From sequence record SRR31156797_2215: a stretch of DNA of 64,000 nucleotides; one strand, given 5' to 3'. Every line of letters starts with the position of its first letter. Positions within the stretch are counted from its first letter, which is position 1. A program made the translations under genes and the position numbers. Positions 44,271 to 52,736 of this stretch are shown piece after piece. The notes under the pieces are model-generated. The model was not told where the DNA came from. It saw nothing but the letters and a program-made list of their open reading frames with translations, and made no database searches.

Positions 44271-44315
44271 AAAAAACCACATCACAAAGCTATCCGCTCT
44301 GTAATGTGGTTTTTT
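44271..44315. terminator. Bidirectional terminator
   Basis: AAAAAACCACATCACA...TGTAATGTGGTTTTTT. Confidence 0.8.
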
Positions 44316-44336
44316 AAGACTATTTTTTGGGGTAAA

Positions 44337-44708
44337 TCAATAACGACTAGACACAATCTCTGCTCCAAAGGGCATCAACGCTAAGCGCGCCATTTTCAAT
44401 GATTGCGCCGCAAATGGAATGCCGATGATCGTGATGGCTAGAAGGACTGCGCTAGCTAAATGTCCTAAAGCCAGTGGTATACCAGAAAAAATCAACCATA
44501 AAATATTGAGAATCACGGACACGCCACCGCCACGGTAAACGATGTCTTTCCCAAATGGTGCTAATGACAAAGTCGCAAACTTAAAACATTGCAGACCAAT
44601 GGGAATGCCGATGATGGTAATACACCATAAACACCCAGCCAAAAACCATGAGATCGCACCGATCAAGCCGCCAAAGACAAACCAAATCACGTTGCCTAAA
44701 AAATTCAT
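44337..44708 (-). CDS. YccF domain inner-membrane protein
   Basis: Two repeats of N..W..F.G...ITIIGIP...L.PFG; ATG 44708. Confidence 0.9.
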   Translation of the reverse strand: MNFLGNVIWFVFGGLIGAISWFLAGCLWCITIIGIPIGLQCFKFATLSLAPFGKDIVYRGGGVSVILNILWLIFSGIPLALGHLASAVLLAITIIGIPFAAQSLKMARLALMPFGAEIVSSRY

Positions 44709-44868
44709 CTGATTGCCCTCCTTCTCTTTTAATAAAGACTGCTCCTGTTTTAGCAAAGAAAGCAGAGGACATCGTTAGCACTCAGATGTGCACTAGCGTC
44801 CCTGCTCCTTCCCCTGCGCTCTTCTCTTTTTTCTTAATACAAGCGAAATACGTTATTTTGTAAAATGC

Positions 44869-45933
44869 TTATTGTCCAGAATCAACCGTTGATTCGCTGC
44901 TGTTATTTGATTCATTTGAGTCATTGCCGAAGACACCGGTGATCGAAGACCAGATGCCGCTAAAGAAGCTCTTGATATTTTCCCAAAGGCCCTTAGAGGT
45001 TTCTTCGATTTGCTTGCGAGCTTCTGACAGATCCAATTCTTTGATGAAGTCATCGAAGATATTGTTGTCTCGCATGTCGCTCATCAAAGAGGTCAATTCA
45101 GAAATTTGATTTTCCGTAACGATTCCTTCAAGTCCGTTGTCCTTCAAGGCTTTTTCTACTGTCTCTTGAATATCTGCTTGAGTCAATTCCGTACCATCTG
45201 CGGTTTGAGCAGCCAAATCGGTTTTCGCTTGTTCTTGCGCAGCATTCAAAGCTTCATCGGAATAGCCTTCTTTGTCTTTGTTCTCTTCGGTGATCGTAGA
45301 AAGCACATCCATCTCATCTTGAGCTACAGCTACTCGATTCTGATTGATGACGCCGCCTGATTCTTCAACGATTTTGTAAACCCCAGCTAAAGCACCGGAA
45401 CCGTCGATCGGTACAGCAGAAGCAACCGTTAGCTTCGCATCAGTGATCCCTGCCGTCAGCGCCGCATTTTGATACTGGGCTGCGGTGATGCGGGTAATGT
45501 TATCTGGTGTCGCGATATCGACAGTGATTCCTGCCCCGCTTTCTAGCGTCTGCATTCTGACCGAGCTATAGACCGCCCAATCTGCGGTAAAGCCACCATC
45601 GGGAATGTATTTCATCAAGTCATTACCGTTTGTCGTATAAATCGGTGTTTCGCCTTGGATGCCTAAGCGCTCAAGTGTGTAGTCTTCTTGTGCTTTCGTC
45701 AAGGCATTTCCGATCGCCACAGCATTGACTTGCAAACGATCTGAACTGCTGTCAGAGGTACTTGTTTGACTGTCGGTAGTGGCTGTCGTTGCGGTAGAAC
45801 TGCTTGTTGCAGTGGAACTGCTCGTCGTTGAATTGGTTTCGTCAGCAAAAACTTGTGGTGCTGCTAATAAAACTTGGCTAGATACCAAGAGAGTCGCTAA
45901 AATCATCGCTGGTTTTCGAGTCTGTTTTTTCAT
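44869..45933 (-). CDS. DUF1002 family secreted protein
   Basis: Signal peptide, Ser/Thr linker, YSSV, NITRIT..QYQNAALTAGI, DGSGALAGVYK. Confidence 0.85.
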   Translation of the reverse strand: MKKQTRKPAMILATLLVSSQVLLAAPQVFADETNSTTSSSTATSSSTATTATTDSQTSTSDSSSDRLQVNAVAIGNALTKAQEDYTLERLGIQGETPIYTTNGNDLMKYIPDGGFTADWAVYSSVRMQTLESGAGITVDIATPDNITRITAAQYQNAALTAGITDAKLTVASAVPIDGSGALAGVYKIVEESGGVINQNRVAVAQDEMDVLSTITEENKDKEGYSDEALNAAQEQAKTDLAAQTADGTELTQADIQETVEKALKDNGLEGIVTENQISELTSLMSDMRDNNIFDDFIKELDLSEARKQIEETSKGLWENIKSFFSGIWSSITGVFGNDSNESNNSSESTVDSGQ

Positions 45934-46110
45934 CACTATATCCTCCAAGTGTTGATCTCTTTTTCAGGGATTTTTCCCTCTTACTGCTGTTATTGTACTA
46001 TAGGTTTTCTTGCAAAGCCTACGTCTAGGGTCTGAAATGAAGAAAAACTTAGAACTCTGCTGCTATTTAAAAAAGGCGCAATTTGGTATTATCCTTGGTA
46101 CAGCAATACT

Positions 46111-47124
46111 TTAGGCGCTTTTCTTTTCATCAACTGTTTTTTTAGCAAACCCAACAGCATAGGATTTGAAATGACTGCCCACTTTCCTCAAGCCGAGAAA
46201 GGCTCCCGTTAAAACTATCGTATAAAAGAACAACGGAAACCCTCCTAGTGAAAAAAAGACTTTCCCGGATTCCAGAAACAGCGGGTGACTCAGAAAGATC
46301 AATCGACTAGCCTCAGCTGCCTGTTTTTTTTGCCAAGTCCGCTTTTGTGGTTGCTGCTTGATCAGCCAAGCAAGGAAAAAAAGAGTCGTCGGCACAAAGA
46401 ACAGCATGAAATTCTTATCGTCCCCCTGATTGAGATACACCAGTCGACCTTCAATGCCTAATAAGCAAAGAGAGACCGCAAATTTTCTGCCAAGATGCTT
46501 CGTGAAAAAAGGACGTTTCTGGTGTTCACCTAAACAAAACCCGCACAGCAAAAAAAGAAACCCATAAAAAAGACCGTTTCTCGTTGTAAAAAATAGGGTC
46601 CGATAATTTTGATAAAATACCAATAAAGGTCCACTTAAATAACTGCTGTACGTTTCAAGACAGCCAATCAAATACAAACTGATCGCCAGTAAAAACTGCC
46701 ACCGATAGCCAAGAAAACGGGTTTTCCTTACTAACCACATGCCAAAGAGCAACGCTGGAAAATACCAAAGATGGTACCAGACCCCTACAGTAAAAAAGCC
46801 AACAACCAAACCGATGACCCGTAATGGATCGGCAAGATTTTGCTGTCCTAAATAAAACCAGCCTAAGGGAAGATACACGATCGACCAACGCAAATAAAGC
46901 TTGAGTTGTCGTTTGCACCATTGCTGCCATGAACAGGTGCTCTTTTGAAAAAAATAGCCATTCAGCAGGAGAAAAAAAGGAACCGCCAAACGACATAAGA
47001 GACTCTTTAACAAAAAATGAAGCCCGTTGTTTTCTGCCAGTCGACCACAGTGAACGAGAATCACCAGTAAGGAAGCGAAGAATTGGGTGTAGCCAATTGG
47101 AACCATAAGGTGTTTTGTCTTCAT
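46111..47124 (-). CDS. Acyltransferase-3 family membrane protein resembling the VanT membrane domain
   Basis: VILVH, RLAVPFF...GYFF, YHLWYFPA, TRNGLFYG, IFLSHP. Confidence 0.8.
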   Translation of the reverse strand: MKTKHLMVPIGYTQFFASLLVILVHCGRLAENNGLHFLLKSLLCRLAVPFFLLLNGYFFQKSTCSWQQWCKRQLKLYLRWSIVYLPLGWFYLGQQNLADPLRVIGLVVGFFTVGVWYHLWYFPALLFGMWLVRKTRFLGYRWQFLLAISLYLIGCLETYSSYLSGPLLVFYQNYRTLFFTTRNGLFYGFLFLLCGFCLGEHQKRPFFTKHLGRKFAVSLCLLGIEGRLVYLNQGDDKNFMLFFVPTTLFFLAWLIKQQPQKRTWQKKQAAEASRLIFLSHPLFLESGKVFFSLGGFPLFFYTIVLTGAFLGLRKVGSHFKSYAVGFAKKTVDEKKSA

Positions 47125-47167
47125 TCGATCGTTTCTCCTTTCTCCGTCAAATTTGATCAAACATACT

Positions 47168-47290
47168 TCACTCTACTGGCCCTTTCTTTTTATGACCAGC
47201 ACTGAAAGCTTCCAGAATGGAAAGACAGTGCAACAAGTAGAAACATTGATAAATAAAGGATGTTACCCTTTGTTGCATCGTTAATTTCAT
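47168..47290 (-). CDS. Possible 40-aa small protein (weakly DltX-like)
   Basis: GAGGA RBS then MKLTMQQRVTSFIYQCFYLLHCLSIL...; directly upstream of the acyltransferase. Confidence 0.3.
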   Translation of the reverse strand: MKLTMQQRVTSFIYQCFYLLHCLSILEAFSAGHKKKGPVE

Positions 47291-47359
47291 AGATCCTCGT
47301 TCGTATAGAAAAGAGTTTGCTATAATATATAAGAAGAATGATGGAGGCAAAACAGACAC

Positions 47360-48151
47360 ATGGATATTGGGAAAATTATTAAAGAAGAACGCACCAAACG
47401 AAATCTCACGCAAGAACAATTGGCGCAGGAATTTTTTGTCACTCGGCAACTGATTTCAAAATGGGAAAACGGCAAGAGCTATCCTGATCTAGACCAAGTA
47501 GTCAAACTGAGCAACTATTTTGAATTGACCTTGGACTATTTATTAAAAGAAGACAAACAGATGGTCCAAGAACTCAATCTGACCACCCACCGAAAACGAA
47601 TTGGCCTCGTATTGATCGCCCTTTTGACTGTTCTCAGTATTAGCTTAAGTACGATTTTGCTGGCAGGATTTTGGATCGATCCAGTCTTTTTCACAAAAGA
47701 AGACCTAACGATCACTTCTATTAAAAAGTACCACTTGCCTGCCACTGAGATAACGAATCAGGAAACCGGACAAGTGATTCAGCTGCCCGAAGATACGGAA
47801 TACTTGATCACTTATACGATCGATCGGCCACTGGTAAAAACGGGCCGTCTGTCGGGTTATAAAGAATACAGCAGCGAAAATGCCAGCCAATTAATGGTTT
47901 CGGGTTATCACGGTTTTCATTTTGGCACGCAAACAAGCAAAATCGTCATTCGCAGCAATCGCGAAGACAATTTAGCTGCACCAGAATTAAATGCAAACAA
48001 GGATCTTTATCTTCGTAATATGAATAAAGCGCGCGCCTATCAAAAATCTGCAGCAGGTGACGCATTTTCTATCGAAGACGAAGGCGATCTCCTCTTTACT
48101 GCAGAAGAACTGGAACAATTACCCTTTGAACAAGGACAACTGCCAGAGTAA
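47360..48151 (+). CDS. XRE-family HTH protein with TM helix and extracellular C-terminal domain
   Basis: LTQEQLA..VTRQLISKWENGKSYPD; hydrophobic helix near aa 80-105. Confidence 0.88.
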   Translation: MDIGKIIKEERTKRNLTQEQLAQEFFVTRQLISKWENGKSYPDLDQVVKLSNYFELTLDYLLKEDKQMVQELNLTTHRKRIGLVLIALLTVLSISLSTILLAGFWIDPVFFTKEDLTITSIKKYHLPATEITNQETGQVIQLPEDTEYLITYTIDRPLVKTGRLSGYKEYSSENASQLMVSGYHGFHFGTQTSKIVIRSNREDNLAAPELNANKDLYLRNMNKARAYQKSAAGDAFSIEDEGDLLFTAEELEQLPFEQGQLPE

Positions 48152-48152
48152 A

Positions 48153-48188
48153 CAAAAACCACCGAATCGTTTTGATCGGTGGTTTTTT
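48153..48188. terminator. Bidirectional terminator
   Basis: AAAAACCACCGA...TCGGTGGTTTTTT between convergent genes. Confidence 0.85.
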
Positions 48189-48197
48189 GCTGACTTC

Positions 48198-48866
48198 TTA
48201 TCCTAGCAAGATCATTGCGATCGCCGCCAAGGCGTTATTGAGAAAATGCATGGCGATGGCTGTTTCTAAGCGCTTGGTTTTTACATAAATCAACGCCATG
48301 ATCAGACCCATAGCACCGTAGATCAAAAACTCGACCAGGTTGGTGACGGAATGGATGATACTAAAAACGGCTACACTTGAAATGATCCCGACTATCGGGT
48401 ATTTCTTGAATAAAAGGCCGATAAACCCACCACGGAAAACGATTTCTTCCATGATTGGCGCCGCCACAGCGATCAATAGGAAGATCAAAAGCGGATTTTC
48501 GCCTGTAAACAGTTCCCCTAACAATGCATCATTCGCGGTCGCCTCTTGATCGGATATATGCTGCAGATACATGGTACCACCAACAGCAACGACTCGACCT
48601 AAAACAAAACCACCGATGATCCATAGCCAGTTGCGCTTCGTTGACCACCCAAAGTCAAAGGTGGCAAGTCCTAGCTTCCGAGCCAAATACATCAGTAGGC
48701 CAATGTTTGCCAAAAGCAAGGCAATTAACCCGTAGCTCATCATCGCAGGAATCCTCGGCTCTCCTGCTTCCAAATAATAGATTTTTACCACACTGAATAC
48801 GGTCATCCCTACTTGACTTAGTAAGAATAAGCCAATCAAAATAAATAAGTTCTTTACTGCTTTCAT
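48198..48866 (-). CDS. CPBP/Abi (CAAX) intramembrane metalloprotease
   Basis: APIMEEIVFRG, FSIIH, HFLNN. Confidence 0.92.
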   Translation of the reverse strand: MKAVKNLFILIGLFLLSQVGMTVFSVVKIYYLEAGEPRIPAMMSYGLIALLLANIGLLMYLARKLGLATFDFGWSTKRNWLWIIGGFVLGRVVAVGGTMYLQHISDQEATANDALLGELFTGENPLLIFLLIAVAAPIMEEIVFRGGFIGLLFKKYPIVGIISSVAVFSIIHSVTNLVEFLIYGAMGLIMALIYVKTKRLETAIAMHFLNNALAAIAMILLG

Positions 48867-48988
48867 GCTCTCCTCCATTGTTTGCTCATTGCATTTTGCA
48901 GGATTGGGTTACGACAAATCATGACACAGTCCATCACTTGGTTCCCCATATATCCAGAAACTGCTTAGCCGCTATCGGCTTGTTTCTA

Positions 48989-49017
48989 ATGATACTGAGT
49001 TTCCTCAGTATTTACAA
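48989..49017 (-). promoter_or_regulatory. CPBP promoter TTGTAA-17-TATCAT containing the palindrome ATACTGAG-N4-CTCAGTAT
   Basis: Perfect 8-bp arms at 48992-49011. Confidence 0.6.
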
Positions 49018-49107
49018 CAAATAAAAAATAAAAACAGTTATTTTGCGTATTTTATCCAACAAACCACGTTTTTTCTTTCGCTGCCCTCAAAAAAATATAA
49101 GTAGTGT

Positions 49108-49136
49108 TTGAAAAAAGCGCTCTCTTATGCTACACT
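49108..49136 (+). promoter_or_regulatory. SigmaA promoter TTGAAA-17-TACACT (extended TG) of the ABC-2 operon
   Basis: Spacing and TG motif read directly. Confidence 0.65.
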
Positions 49137-49201
49137 GTTCCTACTTTTGTTTGGCTGACGAACCGCTGCCCCAACCATGTTCGTTTGGACCAACTCGTTG
49201 C

Positions 49202-49228
49202 GAGTATTCGATTTCGAATGCTCTTTTT
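49202..49228 (+). terminator. Leader terminator/attenuator upstream of the ABC-2 ATPase
   Basis: GAGTATTCG-ATTT-CGAATGCTC-TTTTT, about 35 nt before the ATG. Confidence 0.55.
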
Positions 49229-49262
49229 GTCGCGTTTGTCAAAAGAAAGTGAGTGAATCCAA

Positions 49263-50237
49263 ATGATCCAAGTAGAACACCTCAGCAAGACCTTCCAAGT
49301 GTCCAAGCGAAAAAGCGGCTTTCGCCAAGCAGCCAAAGCATTTCTTTCTCGTGAAACCACCACCGTCCATGCGTTGCAAGACATCAGCTTTACCATCAAT
49401 GAAGGCGAAATGGTTGGCTACATCGGGCCTAATGGTGCTGGAAAAAGTACCACCATAAAAATCATGTGCGGGATTTTGACCCCTGATCAAGGCATTTGTC
49501 ACATCAATGGTCGTACGCCTTGGCAAGAACGTATTCAACATGTCAAAGACATCGGCGTCGTCTTCGGGCAGCGCAGTCAACTCTGGTGGGATGTCCCCGT
49601 CAATGACAGCTTTGATTTGATCCGTGATATCTACAAAGTCGACGCTGCTAGTTATCAGCGCAACCTAGAAGAATTAGTCACCTTACTAGATTTAGGTGAG
49701 ATCTTAAAAACCCCTGCTCGGTCCTTGAGTCTCGGTCAGCGTATGCGCTGTGAGATCGCCGCCTCCTTACTCCATGACCCCAAAATCTTATTTCTTGATG
49801 AACCCACCATCGGTTTAGATGCTGTATCAAAGATTGCCGTGCGTCAGTTTATTAAAAAAAGAAACCAAGAAAAAGGCACCACAGTCATCCTGACGACCCA
49901 CGATATGCAAGATATCGAGGCGCTGACACAGCGAATTCTGTTGATCGGCAAAGGGCAAATTTTGCTGGATGGTCGCCTCGATGAACTAAAGCATCGTTTT
50001 TCTGATGTCAAAACGCTGGAGATCGACTATCAAGGGAATGAACCTCATCTGCCAGAAAACGTCCAGCTGCTTCAAAAAGACGTTGGTCGCCTTGTTCTGA
50101 AACTTGATCCCAAAGAAGTGTCGGTCGCTCAGCTGCTCAGTCTGCTCAGCAATCAAGTCGAGATCACCGATTTGGCCGTTGCCAGTATCACCGCCGAAGA
50201 AATGGTCGCTAAGCTGTATCAGGAGTATCAAATATGA
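49263..50237 (+). CDS. ABC-2 exporter ATP-binding protein
   Basis: GPNGAGKST, VVFGQRSQLWWD, LSLGQRMR, LDEPT, LTTH. Confidence 0.95.
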   Translation: MIQVEHLSKTFQVSKRKSGFRQAAKAFLSRETTTVHALQDISFTINEGEMVGYIGPNGAGKSTTIKIMCGILTPDQGICHINGRTPWQERIQHVKDIGVVFGQRSQLWWDVPVNDSFDLIRDIYKVDAASYQRNLEELVTLLDLGEILKTPARSLSLGQRMRCEIAASLLHDPKILFLDEPTIGLDAVSKIAVRQFIKKRNQEKGTTVILTTHDMQDIEALTQRILLIGKGQILLDGRLDELKHRFSDVKTLEIDYQGNEPHLPENVQLLQKDVGRLVLKLDPKEVSVAQLLSLLSNQVEITDLAVASITAEEMVAKLYQEYQI

Positions 50238-51037
50238 GGAAGTATCAGGCATTTTTCCGCATTCGCTTTATCAATACCTTGCAATACCGCTCGGCGGCAA
50301 TTGCCGGGATGGCTACGCAACTAGCTTGGGGCTTGATGGAAATTCTGGCATTCCACGCCTTTTACCAAGCAGATCCTAGTGCCTTTCCCATGACCTTTCA
50401 ACAAACCGTCTCCTATGTTTGGCTCCAGCAAGCCTTCTTGTCTTTATTTATGTTGTGGTTCTTTGAGGCAGAAATTTTCAATACCATCACCACAGGGACG
50501 ATCGCCTACGAACTTGTGCGGCCGATGGATCTATACAATCGCTGGTTTTGCCAATCGGCTGCCAATCGCTTAGCAAAAGCCGTCTTGCGTTGCGGACCGA
50601 TTTTTGTGATTGCCTTTTTACTGCCAGCACCTTATCGCTTGATTCTGCCAGCAAACATCGTTGCCCTGTTCTTGTTTCTTTTGTCTATGGCGCTGAGCTT
50701 AGGTGTAGTGATCGCTATGTCGCAGCTGGTCTATATCTCGACTTTTTATACATTATCCTCCATCGGGGTGCGGATCGTCATCAGCTCCATCGGTGAATTT
50801 TTAGCTGGCGGGGTCATTCCTCTGCCTTTCTTTCCACAGCCTTTTCGCCAATTCGTGGAACTATTGCCTTTTGCTTCCATTCAAAACGTCCCGCTGCGAA
50901 TTTACAACGGGGATCTGACTGGCTGTGCGCTTGTTTCAGCATTGCTCTTACAAGCGTTTTGGCTCATACTTTTGATCGTGATCGGAAAAATTTGGCTGCA
51001 GCAGGCACTCAAGCGTGTCGTTGTGCAAGGAGGTTAA
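50234..51037 (+). CDS. ABC-2 family permease (DUF990-like)
   Basis: LQYR, GTIAYELVRP, PLPFFP, ends VVVQGG. Confidence 0.88.
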   Translation: MRKYQAFFRIRFINTLQYRSAAIAGMATQLAWGLMEILAFHAFYQADPSAFPMTFQQTVSYVWLQQAFLSLFMLWFFEAEIFNTITTGTIAYELVRPMDLYNRWFCQSAANRLAKAVLRCGPIFVIAFLLPAPYRLILPANIVALFLFLLSMALSLGVVIAMSQLVYISTFYTLSSIGVRIVISSIGEFLAGGVIPLPFFPQPFRQFVELLPFASIQNVPLRIYNGDLTGCALVSALLLQAFWLILLIVIGKIWLQQALKRVVVQGG

Positions 51038-51042
51038 GGAAT

Positions 51043-51816
51043 ATGGTTTATTGGCATTATTTTTGTATTCATCTCAAAAGTCAGATGCAGTATAAGGTTT
51101 CCTTTGTGTTAACTGCTTTGGGACAATTTCTAGGTTCCTTTACTGCTTTTTTAGGCATTTGGTTTATGTTTACCCGGTTTCATCAAGTGGATGCCTTCAC
51201 CTTTGAAGAAGTCTTGCTTTCCTTTGCGACGGTTTTGTTTGCCTTTTCGATTGCGGAATGCTTCTTTCGCGGGTTCGATCTTTTTCCACAAATGATCAGT
51301 AATGGCGAGTTCGATCGGGCACTCGTGCGCCCTCGCTCCTTGATTTTTCAAGTCTTAGCTTCCAAAATGGAGTTCTCGCGTCTCGGTCGTTTTATTCAAG
51401 CCTTGCTGTTGTTTGCTTATGCGATTCCCAATAGTGGAATTGCTTGGCATTTTGGAAATGTCCTGACTCTTTTTCTAATGATCGTCTGCGGCGCCCTCTT
51501 TTTCGCCCTATTGTTCTTAGTGTATGCCGCCATTTCCTTCTTTACGATCCAAGGACTTGAATTTATGAATATTTTTACCGATGGTGCCCGAGAATTTGGT
51601 CGCTACCCATTTAGTATCTACGGAAAACATGTCTTGCGTTTGTTGACCTACGTCGTGCCGATGGCTTGGTTTCAGTATTATCCGTTTTTGTATGTCATTG
51701 GTCGCGTAACTAATCCTTGGTGGATCTTATCACCGTTGGTTTGTCTGCTCTTTGCCTTTCCCGCCTTCTTCTTTTGGCGAGTAGGTTTGAAGAATTATAT
51801 TTCTACGGGTTCGTAG
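51043..51816 (+). CDS. ABC-2 family permease (DUF990-like)
   Basis: MQYK, GEFDRALVRP, RYPFSIY, ends YISTGS; ATG 51043. Confidence 0.88.
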   Translation: MVYWHYFCIHLKSQMQYKVSFVLTALGQFLGSFTAFLGIWFMFTRFHQVDAFTFEEVLLSFATVLFAFSIAECFFRGFDLFPQMISNGEFDRALVRPRSLIFQVLASKMEFSRLGRFIQALLLFAYAIPNSGIAWHFGNVLTLFLMIVCGALFFALLFLVYAAISFFTIQGLEFMNIFTDGAREFGRYPFSIYGKHVLRLLTYVVPMAWFQYYPFLYVIGRVTNPWWILSPLVCLLFAFPAFFFWRVGLKNYISTGS

Positions 51817-52038
51817 AACAAGCAAGAAGCCCTTATAGACATCAATCATTGAAGACGCATCCTCTAATGATTGGTGCTCTTTTTCTTTTCGATAATTGTA
51901 AAATTGCTCAGTCGCTTTTTATTTGAGCAATCACGTCACTGATATACTGTAAATATTTATCCCCTTAAAGACAAAAACTGGCTAGGAAAAGCAAGCAATC
52001 TCTGGTAAGATAAATAAAAACGTAAAAGAGGACCAGTT

Positions 52039-52206
52039 ATGGAATATTTAGCGATTTTACTTGTTTTCTTTCTATTGAATGTAGTGATACTTGTACTTGG
52101 ATTGAAGAAGAAACGAATCATGCTGCTTTTTCTGTCACTCTCTGGTTTATTGTTGGTTTGCTTGATTGCCATTTCTTACGTTTTCTTCTATTCAAATACA
52201 CTTTAA
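52039..52206 (+). CDS. 55-aa two-TM small membrane protein
   Basis: AAGAGGA RBS; MEYLAILLVFFLLNVVILVLGLKKKRIMLLFLSLSGLLLVCLIAISYVFFYSNTL; absent from the ORF track. Confidence 0.7.
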   Translation: MEYLAILLVFFLLNVVILVLGLKKKRIMLLFLSLSGLLLVCLIAISYVFFYSNTL

Positions 52207-52554
52207 GTTGTCAAAAACACGGGGAGCTGGCTACGAACCTACCGAAACAAACGAGGCTGTTTTAGTCATTACACCCGATTTAGAAGCTATTGGACACACA
52301 ATTTGTGTCCACCTTCAAACAAATCGCTGTTCTTTTGCTCTTTATCAAGTCTAGCGAAAGCAACATATGCACCTTTGATGTCGGTGATATCGTCCCCATC
52401 TTCGCAGCAACCTTTGTGGATGCCGTGCGTTCGCCGATCACTCTTCCAAGTCCGAGGTAGAACGATGTACCACTTATGTTTTTTTGCAAAGTAGATAGAC
52501 AGTGGCTACAGGCGACCAATCAGTCGTAACCGACAAGTTTGTTAAAATCACACG

Positions 52555-52594
52555 AAAAAACCAGAACCTCCGAAAGGATCGTTCTGGTTTTTTC
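52555..52594. terminator. Bidirectional terminator
   Basis: AAAAAACCAGAAC...GTTCTGGTTTTTT. Confidence 0.8.
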
Positions 52595-52736
52595 GCTGAT
52601 TTGATTATCTAGAGAAACGACCTAAATCACTCTGATTCTAGCCAAATTTCTGAAAGAGAATTATAGAAGGATTCTCCTAGCTGATCCGTCATCGGCGCTG
52701 TTTTCTCAATTTAACAATAAAGCGAAAAAGCGGATT

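Noticed and set aside
45740-45840. Repeat-like GAACTGCT/GCAGT sequence in the DUF1002 gene
   Set aside because: Encodes a Ser/Thr low-complexity linker, not a DNA repeat element.
46111-47124. vanT / vancomycin resistance call
   Set aside because: No racemase domain and no vanC, vanXY or vanRS neighbours.
48198-48866. Abi protein as abortive-infection defence
   Set aside because: Motifs are those of the CPBP/CAAX protease family, unrelated to phage Abi systems.
48880-48990. Known riboswitch (fluoride, SAM, preQ1) in the CPBP leader
   Set aside because: Only a GTGATGG-like fragment; conserved cores and pairings are missing.
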